A model generated the notes under the pieces. It saw only the letters and a program-made list of their open reading frames with translations. It was not told the DNA's origin and did no database searches. A DNA stretch of 64,000 nt. Origin: Francisellaceae bacterium. GTDB taxonomy: Bacteria > Pseudomonadota > Gammaproteobacteria > Francisellales > Francisellaceae. The translations under genes were made by a program, and so were the position numbers. The stretch covers positions 13,542-77,541 of the forward strand of contig JAOMSY010000001.1 of NCBI GenBank assembly GCA_028355575.1, written 5' to 3'. Shown here one piece after another: positions 10,639 through 20,800 of the stretch (the stretch's first letter is position 1; each line of letters begins with the position of its first letter).

Positions 10639-12051
10639 ATGAGTGATTTAAAAGCTGAAGTTGTTGTACTTGGTAGTGGGCCTGGTGGTTACAGTGCTGC
10701 ATTTCGTGCTGCAGATTTAGGTAAAAAAGTAATCTTGATTGAGCGTTACAGCGAAATTGGTGGCGTTTGTTTAAATGTAGGATGTATTCCATCAAAAGCA
10801 TTGCTGCACGTTGCTAAAGTGGTTAATGAGGCGCGTCATTTGCAAAATGATGGTATCGTTGATTTTGGCGAGATTAAATTCAATAAAGATAAAGTCGTTG
10901 CTTATAAATCAAGCATAATCAAAAAATTGACGACAGGTCTTAAAGGCATGGCAAAAATGCGTAAAGTCGATATTGTTGAAGGCTATGGTAAATTTACTTC
11001 ACCTAATGAAATTGCCGTTGAAACAAAAGATGGTACAAAAACGGTTGGTTTTGATAACTGTATTATAGCAGCTGGTTCTGAGTCGATTAAGCTTCCATTC
11101 ATTCCAGAAGATCCACGTATCATTGATTCAACTGGCGCGCTAGAGATGGAAGAAGTCCCAGAAAATATGCTTGTAATCGGTGGTGGTATCATCGGTCTTG
11201 AAATGGCGCAAGTCTACAGTGAAATGGGTTCTAAAATCACAGTTGTTGAATTTATGGATCAACTCATGGGTGCAGCGGATAAAGATATCGTTAAGCCATA
11301 CGAAAAAATGATGGCTAAAAAATATGATATCCGTTTAAAAACAAAAGTAACCGCAGTTGAAGCCAAAGAAGATGGTTTGTATGTATCAATGGAAGGTGAA
11401 AAAGGTAACGATAAGCCTGAAAAATTTGATCGTATTCTAATGGCGGTTGGTCGTACACCTAATGGTAAAAAACTTGATGCAGATAAAGCGGGTGTCAATG
11501 TTGATGAAAGAGGTTTCATCAATGTTAATAATCAACAAAAAACAAATGTTCCGCATATTTATGCGATTGGTGATGTGGTTGGTCAACCAATGTTGGCACA
11601 TAAAGCTGTCCCTGAAGGGCGCTTAGCGGCTGAAGTTATTTCTGGTCAAAAACACTTCTTTGAACCTAAATGTATTCCTTCTGTTGCATATACTGACCCA
11701 GAAGTTGCGTGGACAGGTTTAACTGAAAAAGAAGCCAAAGAGAAAGGCATTAAATACGACAAAGGTGTTTTCCCTTGGGCTGCAAGTGGTCGTTCTTTGA
11801 GTATCGGTCGTGATGAAGGTATGACGAAAGTTCTTTATGATGAAAATCATGTCATTCTTGGCGCGGGTATTGTTGGACCAAATGCGGGTGAATTAATTGC
11901 TGAAGCGTGTTTGGCAATCGAAATGGGCTGTGATGCTGAAGATATTTCTTTAACGATTCATCCTCATCCAACCTTGTCTGAAACTTTGGCGATGGCAACT
12001 GAAGTTTATGAAGGTACTGCCACTGACTTACCTCCTCAGAAAAAGAAATAA
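10639..12051 (+). CDS. lpdA: dihydrolipoyl dehydrogenase (E3)
   Basis: 470 aa. FAD motif GSGPGGY, redox-active disulfide GGVCLNVGCIPSK, C-terminal HPHPTLSE. Confidence 0.95.
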   Translation: MSDLKAEVVVLGSGPGGYSAAFRAADLGKKVILIERYSEIGGVCLNVGCIPSKALLHVAKVVNEARHLQNDGIVDFGEIKFNKDKVVAYKSSIIKKLTTGLKGMAKMRKVDIVEGYGKFTSPNEIAVETKDGTKTVGFDNCIIAAGSESIKLPFIPEDPRIIDSTGALEMEEVPENMLVIGGGIIGLEMAQVYSEMGSKITVVEFMDQLMGAADKDIVKPYEKMMAKKYDIRLKTKVTAVEAKEDGLYVSMEGEKGNDKPEKFDRILMAVGRTPNGKKLDADKAGVNVDERGFINVNNQQKTNVPHIYAIGDVVGQPMLAHKAVPEGRLAAEVISGQKHFFEPKCIPSVAYTDPEVAWTGLTEKEAKEKGIKYDKGVFPWAASGRSLSIGRDEGMTKVLYDENHVILGAGIVGPNAGELIAEACLAIEMGCDAEDISLTIHPHPTLSETLAMATEVYEGTATDLPPQKKK

Positions 12052-12090
12052 GTATATCTTCTTCTTTTTTTATAATCTCCCTTAAATTAA

Positions 12091-12120
12091 AAGGCTGTAA
12101 CTAACTACTACAGCCTTTTG
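12091..12120 (+). terminator. rho-independent terminator of the PDH operon
   Basis: Perfect 9-bp stem AAGGCTGTA / TACAGCCTT (12091-12099, 12109-12117) followed by TTTTG, 40 nt after the lpdA stop. Confidence 0.7.
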
Positions 12121-12152
12121 TCATTATTAAAATATTTAATTTTCTATTCGTA

Positions 12153-12189
12153 TTATCACTAAAGATTTAAGTGATAACTTTTGTTATCC
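12153..12189. promoter_or_regulatory. operator-like array of GTTATC(ACT) half-sites upstream of the sulfate-activation gene
   Basis: TTATCACT-N9-AGTGATAA perfect inverted repeat (12153-12160 / 12170-12177), overlapping GATAAC-TTTT-GTTATC (12173-12188). A TATAAT hexamer lies at 12214-12219. Confidence 0.3.
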
Positions 12190-12296
12190 TGATTTTCACA
12201 TATAACGACTGCGTATAATGGTATAAGAAAACATTATTTAACTTTATAGTTAAAGTTGATTAAAGTTTTATGCCATAAAAAGTTCAAGGATAGAAT

Positions 12297-13997
12297 ATGG
12301 CGTTCGAACTAATAGATGAGAAACTGGTTTCTAAAGAGGAAAAAATAGAACTACAGAAAAAGATACCTGATTTAAAATCTTGGGACTTAACGCCAAGACA
12401 ATTGTGTGATTTAGAGCTAATTATGAATGGTGGGTTTTCACCTTTAACAGGATTTTTAAATGAAGATGATTATAACTCAGTATGTGAAGATTTAAGGCTT
12501 AAATCTGGCGAATTATGGGCGATGCCAATTACGCTAGATGTTTCAGAAGCCTTTGCTGGAAGTTTGGCTAAAAATGAAGAAATTGTTTTACGTGACCTAG
12601 AAGGCGTTCCGTTAGCAATTCTAAAAGTTGAATCGAACTGGCAGCCAGATAAAGCCAAAGAAGCTGAGTTGGTTTTTGGTAAGAATGATACTGCGCATCC
12701 AGCGGTGAGTTATTTACATAATCAAGCTGGGAGTTGGTATTTAGGTGGTGGAATACTAGGCTTAGAAATGCCTAAACATTATGATTATATTTCACATCGC
12801 CATACGCCGAATGAGCTTCGCTCCATGTTTAATAAAAATGGCTGGGATAAAATTGTCGCTTTTCAGACACGAAACCCCATGCATAGAGCGCACTATGAGC
12901 TGACATTGAGGGCAGTTAAAGATCAAAAAGCAAGCTTATTGCTTCATCCTGTGGTTGGTATGACCAAGCCAGGTGATATTGATCACTACACGCGCGTTCG
13001 TTGTTATGAGCAGATTATCAAAAAATATCCTGAGCAAACATCTGCATTAAGTTTATTACCATTAGCCATGCGTATGGGTGGACCAAGAGAAGCGTTATGG
13101 CATGCGCAGATACGTAATAATTACGGAGCAACCCATTTTATTGTAGGACGGGATCATGCTGGGCCAGGTAAAGATAGTTTAGGTGAAGATTTTTATGATC
13201 CATATGCGGCTCAAGTTCTTGTCGAGAAATACGCGGATGAGATTGGGGTTCAGGTTGTCCCATTTAAAGCTGTGGTCTATGTGGAAAATAAAGCAGAATA
13301 CCATCCAGCTGATGAAGTGGAAGAGACAGATAAGGTTTTAAATATTTCAGGCACGGAATTTAGAAGAAGGCTGCGTAATGATTTAGATATTCCTTCTTGG
13401 TTTTCATTTCCAGATGTGATTACGGAGCTAAAGAAATCATATCCAGCTAAACATAAACAGGGCTTTACAATATTTTTCACAGGGCTTTCAGGAGCTGGTA
13501 AATCAACCATTGCTAATGCGCTAATGATTAAGTTATTAGAGCATGGGGATCGACCAGTCACTTTATTAGATGGTGATATTGTGCGTAAAAATTTATCAAG
13601 TGAATTATCATTCTCTAAAGAGCACCGTGACCTGAATATTATGCGTATTGGGTATGTTGCTTCTGAGATTACTAAGCACCGTGGTATTGCTATTTGTGCG
13701 CCGATTGCGCCTTATGCTAAAACACGCCAAGCGGTACGAGGTGAAATCGAGCAATTTGGTGGCTTTATTGAGGTGCACGTTTCAACGTCATTAGAGGTTT
13801 GTGAAAGCCGTGATCGTAAGGGGTTATACGAAAAGGCTAGAAAAGGGATTATTAAGCATTTTACTGGTATTGATGATCCATATGAAGTGCCAACGCATGC
13901 GGAAATAATAGTTGATACCACTAAATTATCTGTGATGGAGTCGGTTCAACATATCCTATTAGAAATTGAAAGTATGGGTTACCTATTGGGTAATTAG
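12297..13997 (+). CDS. sat: bifunctional sulfate adenylyltransferase (ATP sulfurylase) / adenylylsulfate (APS) kinase
   Basis: N-terminal homo-oligomeric ATP sulfurylase motifs (QTRNPMHRAH at about 12864-12893, GRDHAGPG). C-terminal APS kinase with an intact P-loop GLSGAGKST (13482-13508). Confidence 0.9.
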   Translation: MAFELIDEKLVSKEEKIELQKKIPDLKSWDLTPRQLCDLELIMNGGFSPLTGFLNEDDYNSVCEDLRLKSGELWAMPITLDVSEAFAGSLAKNEEIVLRDLEGVPLAILKVESNWQPDKAKEAELVFGKNDTAHPAVSYLHNQAGSWYLGGGILGLEMPKHYDYISHRHTPNELRSMFNKNGWDKIVAFQTRNPMHRAHYELTLRAVKDQKASLLLHPVVGMTKPGDIDHYTRVRCYEQIIKKYPEQTSALSLLPLAMRMGGPREALWHAQIRNNYGATHFIVGRDHAGPGKDSLGEDFYDPYAAQVLVEKYADEIGVQVVPFKAVVYVENKAEYHPADEVEETDKVLNISGTEFRRRLRNDLDIPSWFSFPDVITELKKSYPAKHKQGFTIFFTGLSGAGKSTIANALMIKLLEHGDRPVTLLDGDIVRKNLSSELSFSKEHRDLNIMRIGYVASEITKHRGIAICAPIAPYAKTRQAVRGEIEQFGGFIEVHVSTSLEVCESRDRKGLYEKARKGIIKHFTGIDDPYEVPTHAEIIVDTTKLSVMESVQHILLEIESMGYLLGN

Positions 13998-14018
13998 ATA
14001 ACTAATAACAATAATGCC

Positions 14019-14041
14019 ATTCCGTGACTCGACCACGGAAT
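14019..14041 (+). other. intercistronic hairpin between sat/cysC and cysQ (no T-tract)
   Basis: ATTCCGTG-N7-CACGGAAT, an 8-bp perfect stem. Not followed by a U-run, so not called as a terminator. Confidence 0.3.
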
Positions 14042-14057
14042 CCATAAGCCCTTAAAT

Positions 14058-14861
14058 ATGGATGAATGTTTGATGAAAAACTTAAACCAGCTGTTAGATG
14101 TTGCGCTTAATGCAGCTAATCATGCCTCTGAAAAAATGTTAGAAATCTATCAAAAAGATTTCTCAATTGATTACAAAGATGATAAAAGTCCATTGACTGA
14201 AGCGGATGAAGCATCCCATCAAATAATATACAACTTGTTGAAAGACTTAGGATATCCCGTTATTTCTGAAGAGTCAAAGCCAGAGGAATTGATTGATTCG
14301 ACATCACAGTCCAATCGATTCTGGTTAGTTGATCCCTTAGATGGGACAAAAGAATTTATCAAAAAGAATGGCGAGTTTACAGTCAACATTGCCTTGATTG
14401 AGAATAATCGACCGATCTTAGGTGTGGTTGCTATTCCTGCTCAAAATAAAACTTATTATGCTATTCAAGGGCAGGGTGCTTATAAGGTAAAAGGTGGTAA
14501 TGCGCAAAAAATAAACTGCTCTAAAACTGCTGATTTATCAGTTGCAACGATTGCAGTAAGTCGTTCACATTTGAAACAAGAAGATCAAGATTTTATCGCT
14601 AGAAACAATATTGCTAATACTAAGCCACTGGGCAGTGCATTAAAGTATTGTGAAATTGCTGATGGCTCAGTAGATTTATCTATTCGCTTTACGCCATTAA
14701 TGCAGTGGGATCTAGCTGCTTCTGATATTATTGTCCATGAGGCGGGTGGTGTTGTGTCTGACTTTAAAGGGTGTGGGTATCAGTATGACCCTCAAGATAG
14801 CGAAAATGCCCTAGTGGATGGCTTGATTGCAAGAAATGAGAACTTGGTTGTAAGTATTTAA
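14058..14861 (+). CDS. cysQ: 3'(2'),5'-bisphosphate nucleotidase (PAP phosphatase), inositol monophosphatase family
   Basis: ISEES...WLVDPLDGTKEF metal-binding motifs and C-terminal WDLAASD. An alternative ATG is at 14073. Confidence 0.8.
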   Translation: MDECLMKNLNQLLDVALNAANHASEKMLEIYQKDFSIDYKDDKSPLTEADEASHQIIYNLLKDLGYPVISEESKPEELIDSTSQSNRFWLVDPLDGTKEFIKKNGEFTVNIALIENNRPILGVVAIPAQNKTYYAIQGQGAYKVKGGNAQKINCSKTADLSVATIAVSRSHLKQEDQDFIARNNIANTKPLGSALKYCEIADGSVDLSIRFTPLMQWDLAASDIIVHEAGGVVSDFKGCGYQYDPQDSENALVDGLIARNENLVVSI

Positions 14862-14928
14862 TTTATGCCATACATGCAAATCACGCAGGATTATGTTTAA
14901 ATAATAATATTCTAATCACAAGGATGTG

Positions 14929-15936
14929 ATGGTGTTATTAGTTACAGGTGCAGCAGGTTTTATTGGTTTTCATCTCTGCAAAAAACGTCTTGAGCAAGGC
15001 GAGGACGTATTAGGAATTGATAATTTAAATGACTACTATGATGTTTCCCTAAAACATGCACGTTTAAATCAATTACAAAAATATTCAAATTTCACATTTG
15101 TGAAAATAGATATTTCTGACCGTGATGGCATAGCAAATCTTTTCAAAAAACACCCAATTAAGCGCGTAGTCAATTTGGCGGCACAGGCTGGTGTAAGGTA
15201 TTCAATTGAAAATCCTCATGCTTATATTGATTCGAATGTGGTTGGATTTACCAATATTATCGAAGGTTGTCGTCACCATAATGTTGAACACTTGGTTTAT
15301 GCTTCTACTAGCTCTGTGTATGGTGCCAATGAGCTACAACCATTTTCAGAAGGGAAGAGTGTCAATCATCCATTAGCAATTTATGCTGCTACAAAAAAGG
15401 CAAATGAGCTGATTGCACATTCATACTCACATTTATATGGATTGCCTACAACGGGATTGCGGTTTTTTACAGTTTATGGGCCTTGGGGTCGACCAGATAT
15501 GGCTTTATTTTTATTTGCTGATGCAATTATGAATGATAAGCCATTGAATATTTTTAACCATGGAAAAATGGTGCGTGATTTCACTTATGTTGGTGATATT
15601 GTTGAAGGTGTCTCACGAGCGATAGATAAAACCGCAGAGCCAGATCCAGTTTGGGATGCAATGAATCCTGATCCAGCGACCAGTTATGCGCCTTATCGGG
15701 TATACAATATTGGTAATAATAATCCTGTTGAATTGATGGATTATGTGCATGCGATTGAGGATTCATTAGGTAAAAAAGGACAATATAACTTTATGCCAAT
15801 GCAAGATGGTGATGTGCCATCAACTTGCGCCGATGTATCACGATTAGAGGAAAATCTTGGATATAAGCCAAAAGTTTCAGTTAAAGATGGCGTGCAGGAT
15901 TTTGTTGATTGGTATAAAAACTATTATCAAAATTAA
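14929..15936 (+). CDS. NAD-dependent nucleotide-sugar 4-epimerase (UDP-glucuronate / UDP-HexNAc-uronate 4-epimerase type)
   Basis: [11 protein letters not shown] Rossmann motif and YAATKKANE catalytic YxxxK. Overall pattern of Cap1J/LpsL/WbtF-like epimerases. AAGGA RBS lies just upstream; GTG at 14926 is an alternative start. Confidence 0.8.
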   Translation: MVLLVTGAAGFIGFHLCKKRLEQGEDVLGIDNLNDYYDVSLKHARLNQLQKYSNFTFVKIDISDRDGIANLFKKHPIKRVVNLAAQAGVRYSIENPHAYIDSNVVGFTNIIEGCRHHNVEHLVYASTSSVYGANELQPFSEGKSVNHPLAIYAATKKANELIAHSYSHLYGLPTTGLRFFTVYGPWGRPDMALFLFADAIMNDKPLNIFNHGKMVRDFTYVGDIVEGVSRAIDKTAEPDPVWDAMNPDPATSYAPYRVYNIGNNNPVELMDYVHAIEDSLGKKGQYNFMPMQDGDVPSTCADVSRLEENLGYKPKVSVKDGVQDFVDWYKNYYQN

Positions 15937-15958
15937 TAAAAGAATGAAGGGGTTATAA

Positions 15959-17113
15959 ATGAGTAATGAATATTTGTTTACATCTGAAAGTGTTTCAGAG
16001 GGTCATCCAGATAAAATAGCTGATCAGATTTCTGATGCAGTGCTTGATGCCATTATAGAGCAAGATCCAAATGCTCGAGTGGCTTGTGAAACATTGGTGA
16101 AAACAGGTATGGCATTAGTTGCAGGTGAAATAAATACTACTGCTTGGATTGATATTGAAGCGCTTGTGAGACAAGTTGTGTGTGATATTGGTTATACAGA
16201 TGCCTCTTTAGGATTTGATGGCAAGTCTTGTGCCGTATTGAATGCAATCGGTAAACAATCAACAGAGATCGCACAAGGTGTTGACCGTGAAGAGTTAATG
16301 AATCAGGGTGCAGGTGACCAAGGGTTAATGTTTGGTTTTGCAACCAATGAAACTGAAACCTATATGCCAGCAGCAATCTTCTATGCGCATAAATTAATGG
16401 CACGTCAGGCGTATTTACGTAAAAGTGGTGAGTTGGCTTGGTTAGGTCCAGATGCCAAAGCGCAAATCACCTTAAAATATGTGGATGGAGAGCCAGTTGC
16501 GGTTGATACGGTTGTTATATCGACCCAACATTCTGATTCAATACAGAACAAGGTTATTCATGAAGCAGTGATTGAGGAGATCATTAAACCCGTTCTTCCA
16601 AAAGAATTGATGCAGAATAAAGTTAAGTACCACATTAATCCAACAGGACGATTTGTGATTGGGGGGCCTGAAGGCGACTGTGGTTTAACTGGGCGTAAAA
16701 TAATAGTCGACACTTATGGTGGTGCTGCACATCATGGTGGTGGTGCATTTTCTGGTAAGGATCCCTCAAAAGTAGATCGTTCGGCTGCTTATATGGGGCG
16801 TTATGTGGCTAAGAATATTGTTGCTGCAGGTTTGGCTGACAAATGTGAGGTTCAAATTTCTTATGCAATTGGTGTGGCTGAACCAACCTCTGTTATGGTG
16901 AATACGTTTGGCACAGGTAAGATAAATGATTTTGAAATCTCAAAGGTAATTTTAAAGCATTTTGATTTAAGACCTTATGCGATTACACAGCAATTAGATC
17001 TGATTAGGCCAATTTATCAGAAGACTGCTGCATATGGTCATTTTGGTCGTGAAGATAAAGATTTTACTTGGGAAAATGTTGATAAAGCTGAGGAATTAGC
17101 TGCAGAGTTATAA
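15959..17113 (+). CDS. metK: S-adenosylmethionine synthetase
   Basis: [41 protein letters not shown] signatures. Confidence 0.97.
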   Translation: MSNEYLFTSESVSEGHPDKIADQISDAVLDAIIEQDPNARVACETLVKTGMALVAGEINTTAWIDIEALVRQVVCDIGYTDASLGFDGKSCAVLNAIGKQSTEIAQGVDREELMNQGAGDQGLMFGFATNETETYMPAAIFYAHKLMARQAYLRKSGELAWLGPDAKAQITLKYVDGEPVAVDTVVISTQHSDSIQNKVIHEAVIEEIIKPVLPKELMQNKVKYHINPTGRFVIGGPEGDCGLTGRKIIVDTYGGAAHHGGGAFSGKDPSKVDRSAAYMGRYVAKNIVAAGLADKCEVQISYAIGVAEPTSVMVNTFGTGKINDFEISKVILKHFDLRPYAITQQLDLIRPIYQKTAAYGHFGREDKDFTWENVDKAEELAAEL

Positions 17114-17148
17114 ATATTGATAATTTGAAATTAAAATGAGAGGAAGTT

Positions 17149-18486
17149 ATGAGTACAGAGGTTATTGAAAAAAAGGTTGAGAATATGAATGTTTCTAAGG
17201 ATGTTGATTATAAGGTTGCAGATATTTCTTTGGCTGCTTGGGGTCGAAAAGAGATTAATATTGCAGAAACTGAAATGCCAGGTTTAATGGCTTTACGAGA
17301 AGAATTTGCAGAATCTCAACCTTTAAAAGGCGCTCGTATTGCAGGCTGTTTGCATATGACTATTCAGACAGCAGTTTTGATTGAGACGTTGACTGCTATA
17401 GGTGCAGAAGTACGTTGGTCAAGCTGTAATATCTTTTCAACACAAGACCACGCTGCTGCGGCAATGGCTGAAGCTGGTATTCCGGTATTTGCTTGGAAAG
17501 GTGAAACCGAAGAAGAGGCTGAATGGTGTATCCATCAAACAATAAAAGGTCCAAATGGTTGGACGCCAAATATGATTCTTGATGATGGTGGGGATTTAAC
17601 CTTAATAGCGCATAATGATTACCCTGAGCTAATGAAAGAAATTAAAGGTATTAGTGAGGAGACAACAACAGGTGTGCATCGGTTATACGAAATGGTTAAA
17701 AGTGGCAAATTGAAATGTCCTGCTATTAATGTTAATGACTCAGTTACAAAGTCTAAATTTGATAATCTTTATGGTTGCCGTGAATCATTAGTAGATGGCA
17801 TTAAACGTGCTACAGATGTCATGATAGCGGGTAAAATTGCCGTTGTGTTAGGGTATGGTGATGTCGGAAAAGGCTGTGTTCAGGCTTTAAAAGGCCTAGG
17901 TGCGACCATAATGGTGACAGAGATTGATCCTATTTGCGCATTACAGGCAGCAATGGAAGGTTTTCGCGTAGTAACAATGGATGATGCTTGTAAAGTCGGT
18001 AACATTTTTGTAACAACCACGGGTAATAAAAACGTCATTAATCATGATCATATGGCCAAGATGAAAGATCAATCTATTGTGTGTAATATTGGTCATTTTG
18101 ACAATGAAATTGATATTGCTTCAATTGAAGGATATGAGTGGGATGAGATTAAGCCCCAAGTAGATCATGTTACTTTCCCTGACGGTAAAAAGTTGATTAT
18201 TCTAGCCAAAGGTCGTTTGGTGAACTTAGGTTGTGCGACGGGACATCCAAGTTTTGTGATGTCTAATTCATTTACGAATCAGGTGATTGCACAAATTGAG
18301 TTATGGGAAAATGCACAGGATTATGAGAATAAAGTCTATATGTTGCCTAAGAAATTAGATGAGAAGGTGGCAAGTTTGCACCTTAAGAAAATCGGGGTTG
18401 ATTTAACTCAATTGACACAAGAACAGGCTGACTATATAGGTGTGCCTGTTGAGGGGCCGTATAAACCTGAGTATTATCGTTATTAG
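17149..18486 (+). CDS. ahcY: adenosylhomocysteinase
   Basis: [42 protein letters not shown] motif, C-terminal YRY. Confidence 0.97.
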   Translation: MSTEVIEKKVENMNVSKDVDYKVADISLAAWGRKEINIAETEMPGLMALREEFAESQPLKGARIAGCLHMTIQTAVLIETLTAIGAEVRWSSCNIFSTQDHAAAAMAEAGIPVFAWKGETEEEAEWCIHQTIKGPNGWTPNMILDDGGDLTLIAHNDYPELMKEIKGISEETTTGVHRLYEMVKSGKLKCPAINVNDSVTKSKFDNLYGCRESLVDGIKRATDVMIAGKIAVVLGYGDVGKGCVQALKGLGATIMVTEIDPICALQAAMEGFRVVTMDDACKVGNIFVTTTGNKNVINHDHMAKMKDQSIVCNIGHFDNEIDIASIEGYEWDEIKPQVDHVTFPDGKKLIILAKGRLVNLGCATGHPSFVMSNSFTNQVIAQIELWENAQDYENKVYMLPKKLDEKVASLHLKKIGVDLTQLTQEQADYIGVPVEGPYKPEYYRY

Positions 18487-18524
18487 ATTTGCTAGTATGA
18501 TTGTCTATAAGCCAAGGAAAATTC

Positions 18525-19778
18525 ATGAATAGGAAAATATCGGTTATCGGTTTAGGGTATGTTGGTTTGCCTGTTGCTGTTGCTTTTGGTCACAAGCACG
18601 AAGTGATCGCTTTCGATATCAAGCAAGATCGAATTTTAGAACTTAAATCTGGACACGATTCAACCTTAGAGGTTGATGATACTGAGCTTAGTCTGGCCAA
18701 TTTATTGCTTACTTCAAACCCAGATGACATACAAAAAGCAGATTTTCATATTGTAGCAGTCCCAACCCCTATTGATGCTGCGAATCAACCAGATTTAACA
18801 CCCTTGCTTAAGGCAAGTGAAACGATTGGTGCTCAGCTCAAGGTTGGTGATATCGTTGTTTATGAATCTACTGTCTACCCTGGTGCGACAGAGGAAGATT
18901 GTGTTCCTGTTCTGGAGAAATACTCAGGGTTGAAGAGTGGCAAAGATTTTTTTGTGGGTTATTCGCCTGAAAGAATAAATCCAGGCGATAAAGAACATAC
19001 TTTTACCAAAATTAAAAAAGTTGTTTCTGGGCAGACATCAAGCGTGTTAAATATTGTATCAGAAGTATATGCATCTGTGGTAACGGCTGGAGTATTTGAA
19101 GCAAGCTCAATTAAAGTGGCTGAAGCAGCTAAAGTGATTGAGAATTCTCAACGGGATATAAATATTGCTTTTGTAAATGAACTTTCAAGAATATTTGGAT
19201 TAATGGATATTTCAACGCACGAAGTATTGGAGGCTGCAGGCAGTAAATGGAACTTTTTACCATTTAAGCCAGGTTTAGTGGGTGGTCATTGTATTGGGGT
19301 TGATCCATATTATTTAACACATAAGGCAGAGAAGCTTGGTTATCATCCGCAGGTTATTTTAGCCGGTAGAAGAATTAATGATGGTATGGGTAAATATATT
19401 GCTGAAAAAACCATTAAGGCAATGATCGCTAATAATGTACCTATACGTGGCGCTAAGGTTGGTATATTGGGTTTTGCTTTTAAAGAAAATTGTCCTGATG
19501 TTAGAAACACAAAAGTGATTGATATTATTAACGAACTTAAAGAGTATTCAATTGGGAGTATTGTCATTGATCCAGTTGCTGATGCTTATGAGGCTAAACA
19601 TGAATACAGTATCAATCTTGCTAGAGATTATAAAAACTTAAAGGAAGTTGATGTTGTCATTGTTGCAGTAGCGCATGATGTTTTTAAAACAGATGAGTTG
19701 TCAGATTTGCTTTCCAATAAAGTGGTAGTAGTGGATGTTAAAAATTGTATGAGCTTAAATGACAGGGTTGTATTGTAA
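18525..19778 (+). CDS. UDP-N-acetylhexosamine 6-dehydrogenase (TviB/WbpO/WbtE-like nucleotide-sugar dehydrogenase)
   Basis: ISVIGLGYVGLPVAVAF Rossmann motif and catalytic GGHCIG. The ATG at 18525 gives the family-typical N-terminus; the ORF track begins at TTG 18501. Confidence 0.85.
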   Translation: MNRKISVIGLGYVGLPVAVAFGHKHEVIAFDIKQDRILELKSGHDSTLEVDDTELSLANLLLTSNPDDIQKADFHIVAVPTPIDAANQPDLTPLLKASETIGAQLKVGDIVVYESTVYPGATEEDCVPVLEKYSGLKSGKDFFVGYSPERINPGDKEHTFTKIKKVVSGQTSSVLNIVSEVYASVVTAGVFEASSIKVAEAAKVIENSQRDINIAFVNELSRIFGLMDISTHEVLEAAGSKWNFLPFKPGLVGGHCIGVDPYYLTHKAEKLGYHPQVILAGRRINDGMGKYIAEKTIKAMIANNVPIRGAKVGILGFAFKENCPDVRNTKVIDIINELKEYSIGSIVIDPVADAYEAKHEYSINLARDYKNLKEVDVVIVAVAHDVFKTDELSDLLSNKVVVVDVKNCMSLNDRVVL

Positions 19779-20800
19779 TGGCAAAGCAACAACAGAAAAA
19801 TTTTGGATTAATTGGTGCTGCTGGCTATATCGCACCTCGGCATATGCGGGCAATTAAAGACACAGGGCATAACTTATCTGTCGCCATGGATAAGTTTGAC
19901 TCTGTTGGGATATTAGATAGTTTCTTTCCAGAGGCGGATTTCTTTACAGAGTTTGAACGTTTAGAAAGGCATGTTAATAAGTTACAACATAGTGATCATA
20001 AGCTGGATTATGTTTCTATTTGTTCGCCAAACTATTTACATGATAGTCATATTCGCTTTGGTTTAAGGAATCAAATGCATGCTATTTGTGAAAAGCCATT
20101 GGCGCTAAACCCCTGGACATTAGAAGCGTTAGAACAAGTTGAAAAAGAAACTGGCTTTAATGTTTATAACGTACTACAGCTTAGGCTACACCCATCTATT
20201 ATTGCATTAAAAAAGAAGATAGAGCAGTCCCCAGAAAATAAAATATTTGATGTTGATTTGACTTACTTAACTTCGAGAGGCACTTGGTATTATACCACAT
20301 GGAAAGCAAATGATGATGAATCAGGCGGCATTGCTACGAATATAGGCGTGCACTTTTTTGATATGTTGGCTTGGATATTTGGCAAGGTTAAGGTCAATGA
20401 AGTGCATATCAGCGAAATTGACAAAGCTGCGGGTTATTTAGAATTTCAAAAAGCCAGGGTGCGGTGGTTTTTGAGTATAAATCCTGAAATGTTGCCAGCT
20501 GAAGTATTACTAAAGCAACAAAGAACCTATCGCTCCATTACCATTGACAGTAAAGCGTTAGAATTTAGTGGTGGTTTTACTGACTTACATACACAGACAT
20601 ATCAGCATATTCTTAGTGGGCAAGGTTATCGGGTGGGTGACGCTAGAACAGCCATAGAAACGGTATTTCAAGTCAGGCATCAAAAGCCAAAAGGACTGGC
20701 GGATCGATCGCATCCATTTTGTCAAAAAGCATTAAAAACACCATTTCAAGGTTTTTCTAAAGATTTGGTAGGGAAATACTTGAGAAAATTAACTCAGTGA
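19778..20800 (+). CDS. Gfo/Idh/MocA oxidoreductase, WbpB-like (UDP-GlcNAcA 3-dehydrogenase type)
   Basis: FGLIGAAGYIAPRHMRAIKDTGH N-terminus and EKPLALN motif typical of WbpB/WlbA. ATG overlaps the upstream stop (TAATG). Confidence 0.8.
   Translation: MAKQQQKNFGLIGAAGYIAPRHMRAIKDTGHNLSVAMDKFDSVGILDSFFPEADFFTEFERLERHVNKLQHSDHKLDYVSICSPNYLHDSHIRFGLRNQMHAICEKPLALNPWTLEALEQVEKETGFNVYNVLQLRLHPSIIALKKKIEQSPENKIFDVDLTYLTSRGTWYYTTWKANDDESGGIATNIGVHFFDMLAWIFGKVKVNEVHISEIDKAAGYLEFQKARVRWFLSINPEMLPAEVLLKQQRTYRSITIDSKALEFSGGFTDLHTQTYQHILSGQGYRVGDARTAIETVFQVRHQKPKGLADRSHPFCQKALKTPFQGFSKDLVGKYLRKLTQ

Noticed and set aside
15937-15958. Possible SAM riboswitch ahead of metK (and ahcY)
   Set aside because: The intergenic gaps are only 22 and 35 nt, far too short for a riboswitch aptamer.
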